From: Camelus ferus
Lineage: Eukaryota
DNA length: 64,000 nucleotides
Assembly: GCF_009834535.1 (NCBI RefSeq)
Contig: NC_045696.1
Coordinates: 121,708,001 to 121,772,000 of the forward strand
Direction of reading: 5' to 3'
Below are positions 52,087 through 64,000 of the stretch, piece after piece. The notes under the pieces are model-generated. The model was not told where the DNA came from, made no database searches, and saw only the letters and a list, made by a program, of their open reading frames with translations. Numbering within the stretch: position 1 is the first letter of the stretch; every line of letters starts with the position of its first letter. The position numbers were made by a program, and so were the translations under genes.

Positions 52087-52410
52087 CAGACATGATCTTA
52101 CATGCAGAAAACCCTGAAGACTCAAACACAAAACCGACACCACTAACCAATACATTCAGTAACGTTGCAGGATATAAAGTCAACATATAGAAATCAGGTG
52201 TGTTTCTATACATTAACAATAAACTATCTGAAAAAAGAAATAAAACGATCCCATGACAACAGCATCAAAAACAGCAAAATACTTAGGGAGACATTTTACC
52301 AGGGAGGTGAAAGACCTGTATGCTGAAAACTGTAAGACTCAGATGAAAGAAACTGAAGACACAAACAAATGCAAAGATACTTTGCGTTCATGGATCAGAA
52401 GAACTAGTAC
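52087..52410 (+). mobile_element. old L1 ORF2, right part (continuation of the element broken at 42330)
   Basis: gacatgatcttacatgcagaaaaccctgaagactc...gttgcaggatataaagtcaacata...gaggtgaaagacct continues the L1 RT directly after the YADD-equivalent region. Confidence 0.85.
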
Positions 52411-54589
52411 GTACTGCTGTTAATAAATGTGCCTAGTTGTCTGATTCCCCATCCAACTGTTACACAACTTTTTCACTCCAAGTTAGCAATTTAAGCCTCC
52501 GGTGTCTTGCTCTTTGGATTCTCCCATGAATCAGAGATGCAGAATAATTTTCATGGGAAGAAGAAACACTGGAGTACGACCTCTTTATAACCTGATGTGA
52601 TGGAACCCATAAGGTAGAACCCAGCTGGTGTCTACTCCCCTAACTCTACTTCCGTAGGATCAGAATCCTGGTTGTGTTCACAGCAGCAACGCATCCAGCC
52701 CCAGGAGAGCTCTTGCTTTCCCCCACTCCCTTATGACCAGCGGCAGGCACTACACAGTTCTGACCAACCAGACACAAGTGCGAGTCCTCTAGGGGCTCTT
52801 GGAAGGTTCTCATGTTTCCTGATAAAAGAGAAAGATGCAGCTGGCATGCCCTTCTTTTTTCTCCCTTCATCCTGGTGTAAATTGGACAAGAAATCTGGAA
52901 CTGCAGCAGCCCTCTTACAACACAAAAAATATGAGAAAAACCAACATAAGTGCACAAATTGCAATTATTTCAACCCTGATTTGGTTGAAATCAATGCCAA
53001 CAGCTGCCTACTTCTAGACTTCTTGTTCTATGGGAAAAACAATCCAACTAAGATATTCCCAAATTGACTCTTCTGTTCACTGTAGCTGAATGCAGGCCTA
53101 ACGCACATTTATGTACAGATTCAGCTCCGACCGGATTACTTTATTGCAAAGCATATGCTTTATTCCTCGTAAATGCTACTGGAGTATAGTTCTAAGGCTT
53201 ATGATAACTTGCTCTAATTCCTTTTCATACTTGACAAAATTTCACTGTAAAAATAACTTCTTTACCTTTGCTTTACAGTATCTTTTCTAGTTCCCAATTT
53301 TCTAACTCTCTCTCATAAAAGAGACTTCTAATTTGCGTATATTGGAATCAAAGTCTTACGAACAAAGAAGAAAATTTATCATGCTGTAATTGTATTTGAA
53401 GAAATTTTAACTGGTTCATCTTATTTAACAATGGTATTATTATAAAGAGAATAATTATTGAGCATTTATATGCCTGGCACTAAGTGCTCTACACAGTATC
53501 TCAATTAATCTTCACATCACCGAATGATTCTCTGATTTTTAGGTGAGAAACCTGAGGCTAGCTCAAGGTCACATAACAGAGACAGCTGTTGGAGCTGTGA
53601 CTGGACCGTGTAATTCCAAAGTCCCTGGGCCTCCACATGCTAAGCACTTACTGTGAAAATCTTTGCTTGATTCTGTTTACAGTTTACCTTTAGATTTTGG
53701 AAAGGTTTATAGCTTTCACTCAATCACACAGTATGAATACACTACAGAAATACTTGAGGAAAAAGAATGTGGATCATTAGCAAAGTTTCAGTCTAACATT
53801 ACATTATTTTATTATTCTTCTGAAAAATAAATAATTCTTGCTCTCCACGTGCCAGGCACTGTTATTGGGACAAAAGCTGAATTAAGATTGGGTCCCCACC
53901 CTCGACAGTTCCCGGTCTAATGGGACAAACATAAACATAATTATGACGTCACATCGTAAATGCCTGAAGAGCCATGTGTAATCTGAAATATGCAGGGAAA
54001 GGTGTCTGTACATACACACTTCAGACATGTCTACAGCCTGGAGCTGCTGGGAATATGGTGTATCTTGGAAAACGGGCTTTGATTCACCCTTGCAGAAGGC
54101 ATTTGGGAAATCTTCCTGGTTTGTTCTCAAACTCTTGCTCCTGGAGGCAAACAAGTGTGTAGGCAGGGCGCTCAGAAGGGTGAAGAGGAGACGGAAGGGC
54201 ATTAACCACCACTGTGAGCCTGGAAAGGGGCTTTCGTGGGACCTAAGAGACGTCTCCTGGACTAGGAGCCCTCAGTGGGGTAAAAGGCCATGGAACTTTG
54301 TTCAAGCAGGAACATGCTTCCGAGTCTGCTCGGCACAGCTGTCTGTGTGTGGACAACTGTCCCCTGAGCTCCACGACGGGGACACACATGCCCTGTCCAA
54401 GTCTGTGGGTGTCCTCCCACCAGGCATTGTCACTGTCATCAAACAACCCCATGGCCAAGGTACAAGTATTATCCCCATCTTACAGATGACAAACATGAGG
54501 TGCACAGACTGGCCCAAAATGATACAAACCACGAGTGGTACCCAGGCAACCAGCTCGACTCCACGCTTCTAACCACCATGCTGAGGACT

Positions 54590-55128
54590 TTCAGGGGAGG
54601 CAGAAGAGCCTCGAGAGATGTCCACGCCCTAATCCCTGGAATCTGAAACGTGTCACAGACTTTAAAGTAGGGAGTGTCCTGGGGCATTCAAGTGGGGCCA
54701 ATCTATCCACATGAGTCCTTCCTCTGCCTGGAGCCAAAGGATGTGGCCGAAGGTGCTGGCAGAGAGCTCTGCAGTGTGAGACGCCAGCTCTCATGTGGCT
54801 GCAGGGCCACGTGGAAGCCTGACAAGGAGTCAGACAGCCCTGGGAACAAAGAGAAGCCCCAGTCGACAGCAGCAAGCAAACAGGGGCCACACTGCTACGC
54901 CCCAGGGCCCTGAGTTCCCTGTCCACCTGAGACTGGAGCGGCTCATCCCCAGAGCCTCCGGAAAGGAGCACAGCCCTGCCGACACCTTGACTTTGGCCTG
55001 TGAGCCTCTGAGCAGGTGACCAGCCACACTGCACCCGGGCTCCCGACTCACGTAACTGTGAGGAAATAAATGGGCTGTTTGAAGCCAATAACTTGTAGTA
55101 ACTTTTTATGGTAGCAACAGGAAAATAA
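54590..55128 (+). mobile_element. MaLR LTR (MLT1-like)
   Basis: gatgtccacgccctaatccctggaatctg ... cagccctgccgacaccttgact ... aactgtgaggaaataaatgggctgtttgaagcc ... gtagcaacaggaaaataaca. Confidence 0.7.
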
Positions 55129-58100
55129 CACGACTTTCTTATTTAACCCTTTGAATGGCCTGTGTGTGGCCGAGTAAAGAAGTCTCCCTGGACAAGTCTG
55201 AGAAACTGAGAAACTAGCATCTGACATGAGGCTTCTAGAAGGGTCAGGAGTCCGCACGTGGAAGGTGCCCCACTCTGTGCCGACGCACAAAGAGCGTGTG
55301 GTCCTTTCTGAAGAGATAAGCAGTCCAGGCTGAAAAGTAAGGAATACGCAATCATTCTCTTTCTCAAATACTGATGTTTTTTCCGTATCTTTTCATGAAA
55401 GTTGTGTTCGAGGAAATACAACCGCCAAATATAAAAACACAGAAATCTTTAAAAAAACTAACAACCTTAAAAAATCATGATCTGAACTTTGAAGAGAGTA
55501 GAAACTCTCAAAATAGGTGTTTAACATGCACATATAAGTAACTCCTAAAGCAAAAGGTAAGGGTTTGAACCTGTATTCTAGAGTCAAACTTCTGAGCATG
55601 AATACTTTAAATGTACCATGAGAGCTTATGAATACAATCATTTATTACACTCCTCATACATTTCGGCACTTGGGACACTTCATCTAATTCAATTCTGATA
55701 ACTTACAGCATTATCATCCCCATGTTACAGACAAAGAAACTAAAGTTAAATAATAACTTACCTACGTTTTTAAAGAGAATAAAAAATAGACCCAAGTTTT
55801 GTGTATGTGATGATACAGAGTACACACACCAGGATATGTGCACATGTAAGACACCAGCCAGGAATTCTTTCACAGGAAAGGTTTCACAGACCTCTTTCCT
55901 CTAGGGCACAGGCTGAGGAAACAGCATTCCATAATCTCGGATCTCCCAGGGGAAGATGCTTTAGAATGGTTTACACATATGAGGAAGGTGGGCTTGGTTT
56001 TCTAAGACTCTGTCTGCAAACAAAAATGAATAAGCAAAAGTACCCCGATCGAGACCTCAAAGTAAGTTACTGAAGGAGAAAAGGGGAAACGCTGTACACG
56101 TTGACGGTAAAGAATGAGATGGTGGTGCGACTCCTACCTTCACTACTAGTGTTTTCAAGAAACAGAAGGATGCTTATCTAAACCAAATGTGTGTCGAGGA
56201 AATGCTGTTGGCTTAGGTGTTTGAAAATTGTTCATTCTTTTAAAAAAAAACATATATTTACATAATCAGGTCTGTTCTCTTTTCCTTTTTTCAAGCTCAG
56301 TAATACTATTAACAGAAAATATTCTAGACTACATATTCTAAACACATGCAACTGTCCAATTTTGATGTATTTATTTCATATCTTAAAAATGAATTGATAA
56401 CCTGCTGTGTATACTCTAAGGGATATATATGATAACTACAAGAAAGTTTACAATCTCAATAAAGAACCAAGGACAATGGCTAAGTGATGGTATATTAATA
56501 AACTGCACCCAAAGGCTCAAAGCACACATGATTATAGTTAGCATAGGGACAGTGGGACTTTGTGGTCAAACTATACTTACTTTTGGAAAGCTGTCAGTGA
56601 AAAGTTAGGCTTTATTTTGATTACACAATTGCTGCATGGTATTAGCTAAAATCTATGGAAGAGAAGCACTTTCTGAGAAGGCAACTCAGTTTGCTATATT
56701 CAATTCTATTCAAGTAAAATTTGCTCAAAACCTGTTTTGGCCCCAGAAGACTACCAGGTGGCACTACAGAGTACAGGCCTCACCTGCGACACCCATAAGG
56801 TACATTACAGTCTTACGTTAGTTTAGAATATTGTCTAGAGGACCTAGATCATGACCCTACCTAACATTCTAGACACAGAAGAGATTTTAAAAATAAAATG
56901 ATGCTATTAAATAATATATAAAAATAATTCCAATAAAACAATAAGAGTTTTTTACTTTAGTACATTTATTCTTCATTCAACAAACATTTACTCAGTATCT
57001 ACTATGTCCTGGCTTGGTATCAAGTGTGAAGTTTTTTTCTTTTAATAATAGTAATTCAAGCATAGGTAAGAAAAAATTCCTGTCTCAAAGAGTAAAGTTA
57101 AGTGGGGAAGAGAAACAAAAAGGAATTACAGTAGGCCCTCACTAATCATGGATTAAACCTTCAGAGCTCCTATTTGAGGTTTCAAGCATAAGCATGTGAT
57201 TCTGTAGACCCATGTCACGATATACAACAATTCTCAATGACGCTGAGGACCAAATGAAAACAGAAGATGAGCTGACAGAGCTGTGGGCAGACAGTTGAGC
57301 TGACTTTCCAACATCCAATAATCCTTTTTCACCCTCACCACCAGGCGCGTTAGTGCCCCTACTGCAGAGATGATGACAGTGAGGAAAGCGTGCGGTGTGG
57401 GATTTAGAAATCTGGGAACTGCTGATAATCTGTGAACACACCTACACGAACACTGCCCGTCTGACTACATTCTCCTCAGAAGGAAAAGGCACAAGAATAA
57501 GCCCTTCTCTAAGGAGAGAGGATGTGTAACATTTTAATATTCCATGAAAGAAAGAAACTACGAAATTTTTCATGATCACATTTACACTCTAATAATAAAA
57601 AATAAGATAGATAATAATGCTAATAGATGCATAATAATGCTAACAGCTACCACTAACTGACCTCTTCAACTACTCACCCATGTGTTAGTAACTGTGTAAC
57701 AAGGTACTAATTGTATTAGGCACTGTTTTGAGTGCTTTAAATAGACTTAACTCAAACACCCTAGCAACCTAATGAGGAAGGGGTTGTGTCACAACTACAT
57801 TACCATATGTTTTCAACCAATATATTACACCAATATTATATTAAGAACTTCAAGTACCTTTTCAATTTAACCCTTTACTATAAGCTGATGAGATAAATGC
57901 TATTATCCTATGTTAATGGGTATTGTTCTAAGTGTTTACATGTATTAACTGACACTGACGTAATTGCCATAATCTATCAGGAAGGTACCATCATTGCCCG
58001 AAGTCTATAGCGAATAAGTGGCATAAAAGTAGACATCCAACCCAGGCCTATCCAAGTTCTCAACCGCACCACACTTCACTGCCAAGCAATGGGAAACACT

Positions 58101-58889
58101 GATTTACAACAAACATTCTGTAGTCTCCCCTCCATAATCCTCCCACGTCAATATTTTCCATACCCCATACCGGGAACTGAAAACTGGCTGCAGGTGAAGT
58201 GCACATTACAGGAAAATTCAACAAGCTGTCAGCGGTGCTCACCAACATAACGGGCACATGGACCCTCCGCTGGCCTGGGGACCCTTTCAGAACCAAATGC
58301 AGATTCTGGTTCCCCGGGTGTAGGGTGGAAGCTGCACCTTCCAACAAGCTTTCAGGGAAGGCTGGAAGTGTTTGGTCCACAAATCTCATTCTGAAGAGAA
58401 AGGCTGTAGGGGTATATCCCCTCCCTCAGCCCCATTTTAGTTCATTTTGAATGCAAGAAAATTGTATTTCTCTGGGCTACTGAAAAGTGCAATATTTCCT
58501 TATGTTTCCAGGACATATTATGACATTAAACAAATTTGAAGTGAAAAAGCTTAAACTTGGAAACAGAAATATAGAAAATTAAGTGAAGAATGATAAAATG
58601 GAGCATTTCCAACAGCTCAAGATTATGCCAAATTATAGATCCCAAGTAAAAATTTTCTTAGTCTTTATGTTTGTGTGGAAAAGTTTTTACAATCTGCAGG
58701 ACCCATCAAGTCCTTCAAAATTGGCTCCAGTCCACTTTTTCTGCCTCATGACCCCCCAGTGTCATTCACGCGCCCCCTCTCCAGGCATATCTCACTCCTT
58801 GCCATCCCTCTTTCAAGGTGCACCCTTTCTCTGCTCTGGCAAAGCCCCACCAAGAGATTCATTCACAGAGGCCACTGGGCGGAGGTAGC

Positions 58890-60100
58890 TCTGAAGCTCT
58901 GGCAGCCCAAGTAAGCAAACCAAAATCTAAGCCTGTGGATGCCTCAAGGTTAGGAAATCGAAACACTAAGGACAACCAATCACAGACCCACAACTAGGCT
59001 TTAAGCTACAGCCAATCAATCATGCCCTTACTTTGCTTCCACACGGTTGACCCTTGAATAACACGAGTTTGAACTGCGAGGGGTCCCCTTTGTTATGTGG
59101 ATCTTTTTCAATAGTAAATACTACAGTACTACACAATTCCTGGTTGGCTAAATCCCTGGATAAGGAAGACTCAGTACAGAAGACCCACATACACAGAGTT
59201 AAGCTTTTGACTGCCCGGAGGGCTGGTGCCCCTACCCCAACACTGCTCCCCAGGCTCCCGCTGGAGAAGTGCCCCTGACCACATCTGGCTTGGCGCGGCC
59301 TGATTCAAATCGGTTTGTGCTCACAAATCTCTTAAAATCTGTAACATGTCCCAAGTTTATCTTTTTAACAGTTCTGCTGTCAGAAGAGGAAATCAAAGGA
59401 GGCCCTTAAAGGCCCCCAGGAGATCTCCGCATTAATCAGGCCAGCGATACCTCCTGCTACACCTGCATCAACACCTCTGCTATTGTAGCAAATAAAAACA
59501 AATCAGCAAGTAAGCCACTCGGCTAAATCAGGTTGATGCCCCATCAGGTATATTCTTTGATTTATTTGATACCAACCGGTTTGGTTCATGGGGTGGGGCC
59601 CTGGCTAAGGACTATTCTTCAGTCTCAGGGTAATTATCCTCCTAACAGTCATCATTATAGTCTCCCTGGTGGTCTGTAGCCTCTCAAAGGTCTTAAACGC
59701 ATATTCATGGCCACCAGCAGCACAGCAAGTGGTCTCTCTGCTCTTGGAGAAACAAACAACTGAACGAGATGAACAGCAAAAACAGTTCTTCCACGGACCT
59801 GACATCACAGCCTGTGAGTTTCACAATGAGACAAGAGAAACTTAACTCCGATGGTGACTGAAGGTGCACTTACACACAATTTGATGTCACTCTCTCATGA
59901 ATGAGAGGGGGACCAAAAGCAGAATATTATGAAGTTAGTTAAACAAGGAGACCATTTAGCTAAGGTGGCTCTAACACCTTTCCAACCTACCTATGCACAC
60001 CAAAACCCAGACCTGTAAATGCCTCAAGGTTACGAAATCAAAATCTGAGGACAACCAATCACGGCCAACTGGACCTTAAGCTATAGCAACTAGATTCCTG
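58890..60100 (+). mobile_element. fragmentary ERV: LTR pieces, env-like remnant and nested Tigger fragment (~59045-59250)
   Basis: Two related LTR segments (gcctcaaggtta..gaaatc..aaggacaaccaatcac at about 58941 and 60021) and a hydrophobic env TM-like stretch at about 59580-59700. Confidence 0.5.
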
Positions 60101-60865
60101 ACCCTGAGAAACTATGTGAGACCATATATGTTTATTAAATTACTAAGCTGGAGAATCATTTACTACACAGCAATAGACGGCTAGTAACAGGGGCTTCTCC
60201 CTGAGTGCCCTCTTAGCCCCAGGAGTGGGGCTGCTCCTCACATCAGCCACTCTTGTATTCTTTCGAGTTCTCTTTACTTCTTACAGGCAATATCTCATTC
60301 ATCCAATCATTATGGTTAGTAATAATTCTTTATATTAAACTTTCCCTGTCAAATCCCTGTGTGGTTTTCCGTCTCCTGATGATAAAGCAAAGGGAGCTGA
60401 TGCTGCTGATCAGAGAAGCACACTTGGAGAAATGGTGGTGTAGACTAACCAGGATCAGATCCTGAAGTCCACGGCCAGGACAAAAACAAGTAAAAAGAAG
60501 GGAAGAAATGGCCAACAGTGTCTACTTAGATACCTTTCATAAGTTAAAAAAAAAAACAAACCCTGCTATTACACTGGCTCAGTGCTTTCCATAATATTTG
60601 AACTGATGTCAAAATGTTACACAAGCCTACTTATGGAAACATAATTCAGTGAAGTAGACTCGAGCTGGCTTTAGAAGTTGAGGTGAATTTCATTGATTGA
60701 TTACACCACACGTATACATAGCTAACCTAAATGAGACCAATAAATGACTTGAAGAAAACTTACTAATAAAGTTATCAGGTTGGTAGATTTTATGTAGCCT
60801 TTTCTTCACTAACAGCACACATCATCATGATAAAATTATTCAATGCCTACTTTACAAATACTCTC

Positions 60866-61273
60866 TGAATTAGTTTCCTAGGGGTGCTAAACAAACTGGG
60901 TGACTTAAAAATAAAAGAAATTTTAAGTCTCACAGTTCTAGAGCCCATAAGTCCAAAATCAAGGCGTTGGCAGGGCCATGCTCCTGAGACTCTGGCCAGA
61001 ATTCTTCTTTGCCTCTTCTACCTTCTGGTGTTTGCTGGCAATCTTTGGCGTTCCTTGGCTTACAGATGCACTACTCCAATCTCTGCCTCCATCCTTTCAT
61101 TGCCTTCTCCCTCCTCCCTGTGTTATATGGGATTAACAGCCTACCCTACTCCAGTATGAACTTATCTCAACTAATTACACTCAGCATAACTTTATTCCCA
61201 AATAAGCTCCCATTCTGAAGTTCAGGTGGTTAGAATGTCATCCTTTTGGGAGACACAATTCAACCCATTAACA
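60866..61273 (-). mobile_element. MaLR LTR (MLT1-like)
   Basis: ttagtttcctagggg...caaactgggtgacttaaaa...tctcacagttctagag ... ggagacacaattcaacccattaaca. Confidence 0.7.
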
Positions 61274-62967
61274 CCCTCATTTTCATGAAACTTCATGTCT
61301 ATCAAAACAAATGCATAGTTTGGTAACATCTATCTTTATTACATTCTTAATATTTTTTAACAATTAAAAACGTAATATTCTGCCAATCGTTATCTACACA
61401 GAAGACAGTGGAACTTAATTCATATTCATTTTATCTTAACGATTTTCCTAAACCTAAGAAGCATTCCTTCCATCTTTTAAAATCAGAAGTCCCTCTCTCC
61501 CTTTAACGTGCTCTCATTTTCAAGTTCAAGAACATGGAAGAAAAGGAAAAAAAAAAAAAAAGAACATTTCCTTTCTGATATAATCACAACCACTGGCAAG
61601 GATCCCCACTTGACTCATTTTAATTGTTTAACTGCATGGAGATATCACAACCCCATTACTTATTTGTGCTTTAATTTTCTTTTACATAAGCCGGTTTTGG
61701 TAGACAGTTGAGACCAAAACCACCCAGATATAAAGGGTAGAAAGAAAAAACATGTAAATTCAGAACAAGTATTTATCTTCTGTGAGGCATAAAATGAAAC
61801 TCAACTATTCCTACCACTTTACTGTTCTCATGGAGACTGAAATAGTGGTCAGGAGTGCCTTTCACTCATTTTTAACTAAGCATTGCAGTAGCCTCCTTAC
61901 TCACAGGATAGTATTGAGATAGCAACTGATAGTATGAATGACGAATTTATAAAATACTGACTATAAAGGATTTAAACACAAAGCCACAAATATAACAGAA
62001 ATGTATGTGAAAACAGAAGAAAATCAGAAAAAAACAGTATTGACGATATTGAATTCTAAATCGTAAGCGCTGACTTTCCAAGAGAAGGAAAAAAAGATGC
62101 ATTTATTGGGGGCCTACTAGGTACTACATAATGCAGTTTGTCAAGCCGTTTATACACTTTACCTAATCCAATCACCAACATCCCTGTGAGTTCGGGACTG
62201 TTTTCCACTTCTTAATCACATACAACAGAACAGAAGTTTAAAGAAGTCTTTTGCCTAAGATTCCATATTCAGAACAGCTCTTTCAAATTAACCTTCTAAA
62301 ACGGGCGAACTTACACGTTTCCAAAGACAAAATACGTCGGAAGCCGGGGGAGGTAAAGTGAGGGTTGGAACAGAGATCGGTGGGAAGACAGAAACCTCAC
62401 CAGTAACGTATGGTTTTACCAAACACTAAGACAGTTGTGCATCAGCACATACCCCACGTGTTCTTTCACGCCCGCTTTCTCTCCCAACTTAATGGTTATT
62501 CAGACTACTCATGTCCAACCCCGGGGCGCAGGGATCAGACCCGTCAGGGTGACACGACTCTGTATGAACATGTGTCTTCTTTGCTGTTCCTGTGCCCGTG
62601 AACACAGGAACGGGGGCGGGAAACCAGGGGCCAGGCCCCAGGACACGACCAGCAGGTGGTCAGCGGGTCCGCCCTGCGGCTCTGGAGGCGGGCCGCGACG
62701 GTAAACAAGCCGCGTGTCACCGACCCCTGAGCCGGGTCCACACTTCCGAATGCCCAGGCACGAGGGGCCAGGAGGCGCCCACCGGGAGGAAAGTGGCGAC
62801 AAGACAAGGTCCACAGCCTTCCAGGGCCCCGTCGCCCGGGAAGTACCAGTTCTGCGCCGGGTTCCCGGAGACCCCACCGCACTACCGCGGCGCGCATGGG
62901 TGACGTGTAAACGCGAGCGAGTGACGTCAGCGCGGCGACGGGGGCCGGCGAGTGGCCGCTACCCGCG

Positions 62968-63085
62968 CCGGCGCCCCTCACCCCCGCCGGCGCCCCTCAC
63001 CCCCGCCACCGCCCCGCCCGGCCCGCCCGCCAGCCGGCGCCCCTCACCCCCGCCACCGCCCCGCCCGGCCCGCCCGCCCGCCGGC
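62968..63085. repeat. GC-rich tandem duplication
   Basis: ccggcgcccctcacccccgcc occurs three times and accgccccgcccggcccgcccgcc twice. Confidence 0.75.
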
Positions 63086-63103
63086 TGCTGGCCGCCGACT
63101 CAC

Positions 63104-63286
63104 CTTCCCGGCGCTGTGGAAAGGGAGGGCCAGCTCGTCGCGGGAGAGCGCGGGGCGAGCACATGGTTGCTGCTCGCCGGCCGGCGGCGGCCTCGTAGTC
63201 CGAGAAAGGGTTGGGAACGCCCACTCCACAATATCCGCGTCCCCGCCCACTTGCAACTTGAACCTCCAGGACTTGGTTTCGCTCCC
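63104..63286 (-). pseudogene. LANCL2: LANCL2 pseudo-exon 1 coding part; start codons lost, frameshifted
   Basis: GSETKSWRFKLQVGGDADIVEWAF / NPFSDYEAAAG / CARPALSRDELALPFHSAGK|gtgagt versus recalled MGETMSKRLKLHLGGEAEMEERAFVNPFPDYEAAAG...DEPGLPFHQDGK. Confidence 0.88.
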
Positions 63287-63507
63287 GCGGGTCGCGCGCG
63301 GCCTACGGCGAGCGAGCGGGGACAAGCTTCCCTCGGGACTCTCGGGCCGGGCCTCGGGCGGGCGTCGCTGCGGGGCGGGCACATGTGGCTACGGCTGGCG
63401 CCCCGGCCTGGCCCGGCTCGGCTCTGGCCCGGCCCTCCGGGGAGGGAGGCTGCGGCGGAATCGGCGTTCCGGGTCGCCGCGGTGGCGGGGACCCCTCCGC
63501 CGAGGAT

Positions 63508-63607
63508 NNNNNNNNNNNNNNNNNNNNNNNNNNNNNNNNNNNNNNNNNNNNNNNNNNNNNNNNNNNNNNNNNNNNNNNNNNNNNNNNNNNNNNNNNNNNN
63601 NNNNNNN
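63508..63607. other. assembly gap (100 N, probably unknown size)
   Basis: Run of exactly 100 N. Confidence 0.99.
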
Positions 63608-64000
63608 GAATTGGCAGAAAAGAGGCAAATTCAGGAAACCCTACATCATGTAAACAACAGGGGTCCCTGGGCAGAGAAAGAAAAGCAGGACCCTCCGGGC
63701 TGATTAAGTGGTCACATATTTTGAGATGACAAGTGGCCTGGAGGCTAACAAAGAAAGGTGGGGAAAGACAGGACTTTCCAGTGTCCCGATGTAACCTTTT
63801 GCTCATTATGCCCTCATTTCAATAAAATTAGCCTTGCAGATTGGAAGTACCCATCATGCACTGATACTTCCAATCCGGACTAAGTAAGGACAAAATCCCT
63901 TCCCACCTTGGGAAGGTGGAGCTGGGATGAAAATCAGGGAATACGACCCCAAAGCCTTCCCTCCCAATGAATATTCTGCCCATTCATTTTTACACCCTAT
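63608..64000 (+). mobile_element. partial ERV LTR, near-identical to 34625-35020
   Basis: Matches 34625-35020 by eye except for shorter G runs in the first ~20 nt. Confidence 0.9.

Larger units (their letters stand above)
8570..63286 (-). pseudogene. LANCL2: LANCL2 duplicated (unprocessed) pseudogene, exons 1-5; exons 6-9 not seen in window
   Basis: Five exons in the correct order and strand with recognisable LANCL2 peptides and mostly intact GT-AG sites. Exons 1, 3 and 4 carry disabling lesions. Confidence 0.9.
62430..63507 (-). promoter_or_regulatory. CpG island spanning the LANCL2-pseudogene promoter, exon 1 and start of intron 1
   Basis: Dense CpG, GC boxes, and a perfect CRE palindrome TGACGTCA at 62922-62929. 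Runs into the assembly gap. Confidence 0.8.

Noticed and set aside
51470..52155. Overlapping ORFs in the CpG island
   Set aside because: Low-complexity Gly/Pro/Arg frames expected in very GC-rich DNA, with no recognisable protein.
8570..63286. Functional LANCL2 gene with sequencing errors
   Set aside because: Lesions include substitutions (three ATG losses, a TAG stop, an AG-to-CG acceptor) and many changes at normally conserved residues, not just homopolymer indels.
62714..63806. Long Pro/Arg-rich ORFs on both strands
   Set aside because: Artifacts of GC-rich sequence and read-through across the N gap. Only the LANCL2 exon 1 remnant is recognisable.

Overview
Mammalian genomic DNA, most likely camelid given four vic-1-like tRNA-derived SINEs. 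I found no intact protein-coding gene. The backbone is a minus-strand, intron-containing LANCL2 pseudogene: exons 1-5 at about 63.2, 35.5, 11.1, 10.1 and 8.6 kb, with lost ATGs, frameshifts, a stop and one broken acceptor. Four consecutive decayed ABCA13 exons (16.1-26.3 kb, same strand, including the NBD2 Walker A) sit inside its intron 2. Inside intron 1, an old L1 is split by a ~9.76-kb insert (42331-52086). The insert has a target-site duplication, a poly(A) end and a CpG-island 5' end, and looks like a retrotransposed unspliced pre-mRNA of an unidentified gene. The left end holds a truncated ERV1-type provirus with a nested solo LTR and a frameshifted intronless cTAGE/MIA2-like retrocopy. 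The rest is L1, LTR, MaLR, Tigger and MIR repeats. After a 100-N gap, the last 393 bp nearly duplicate 34625-35020. Gene and repeat identities come from recalled sequences, not database searches.
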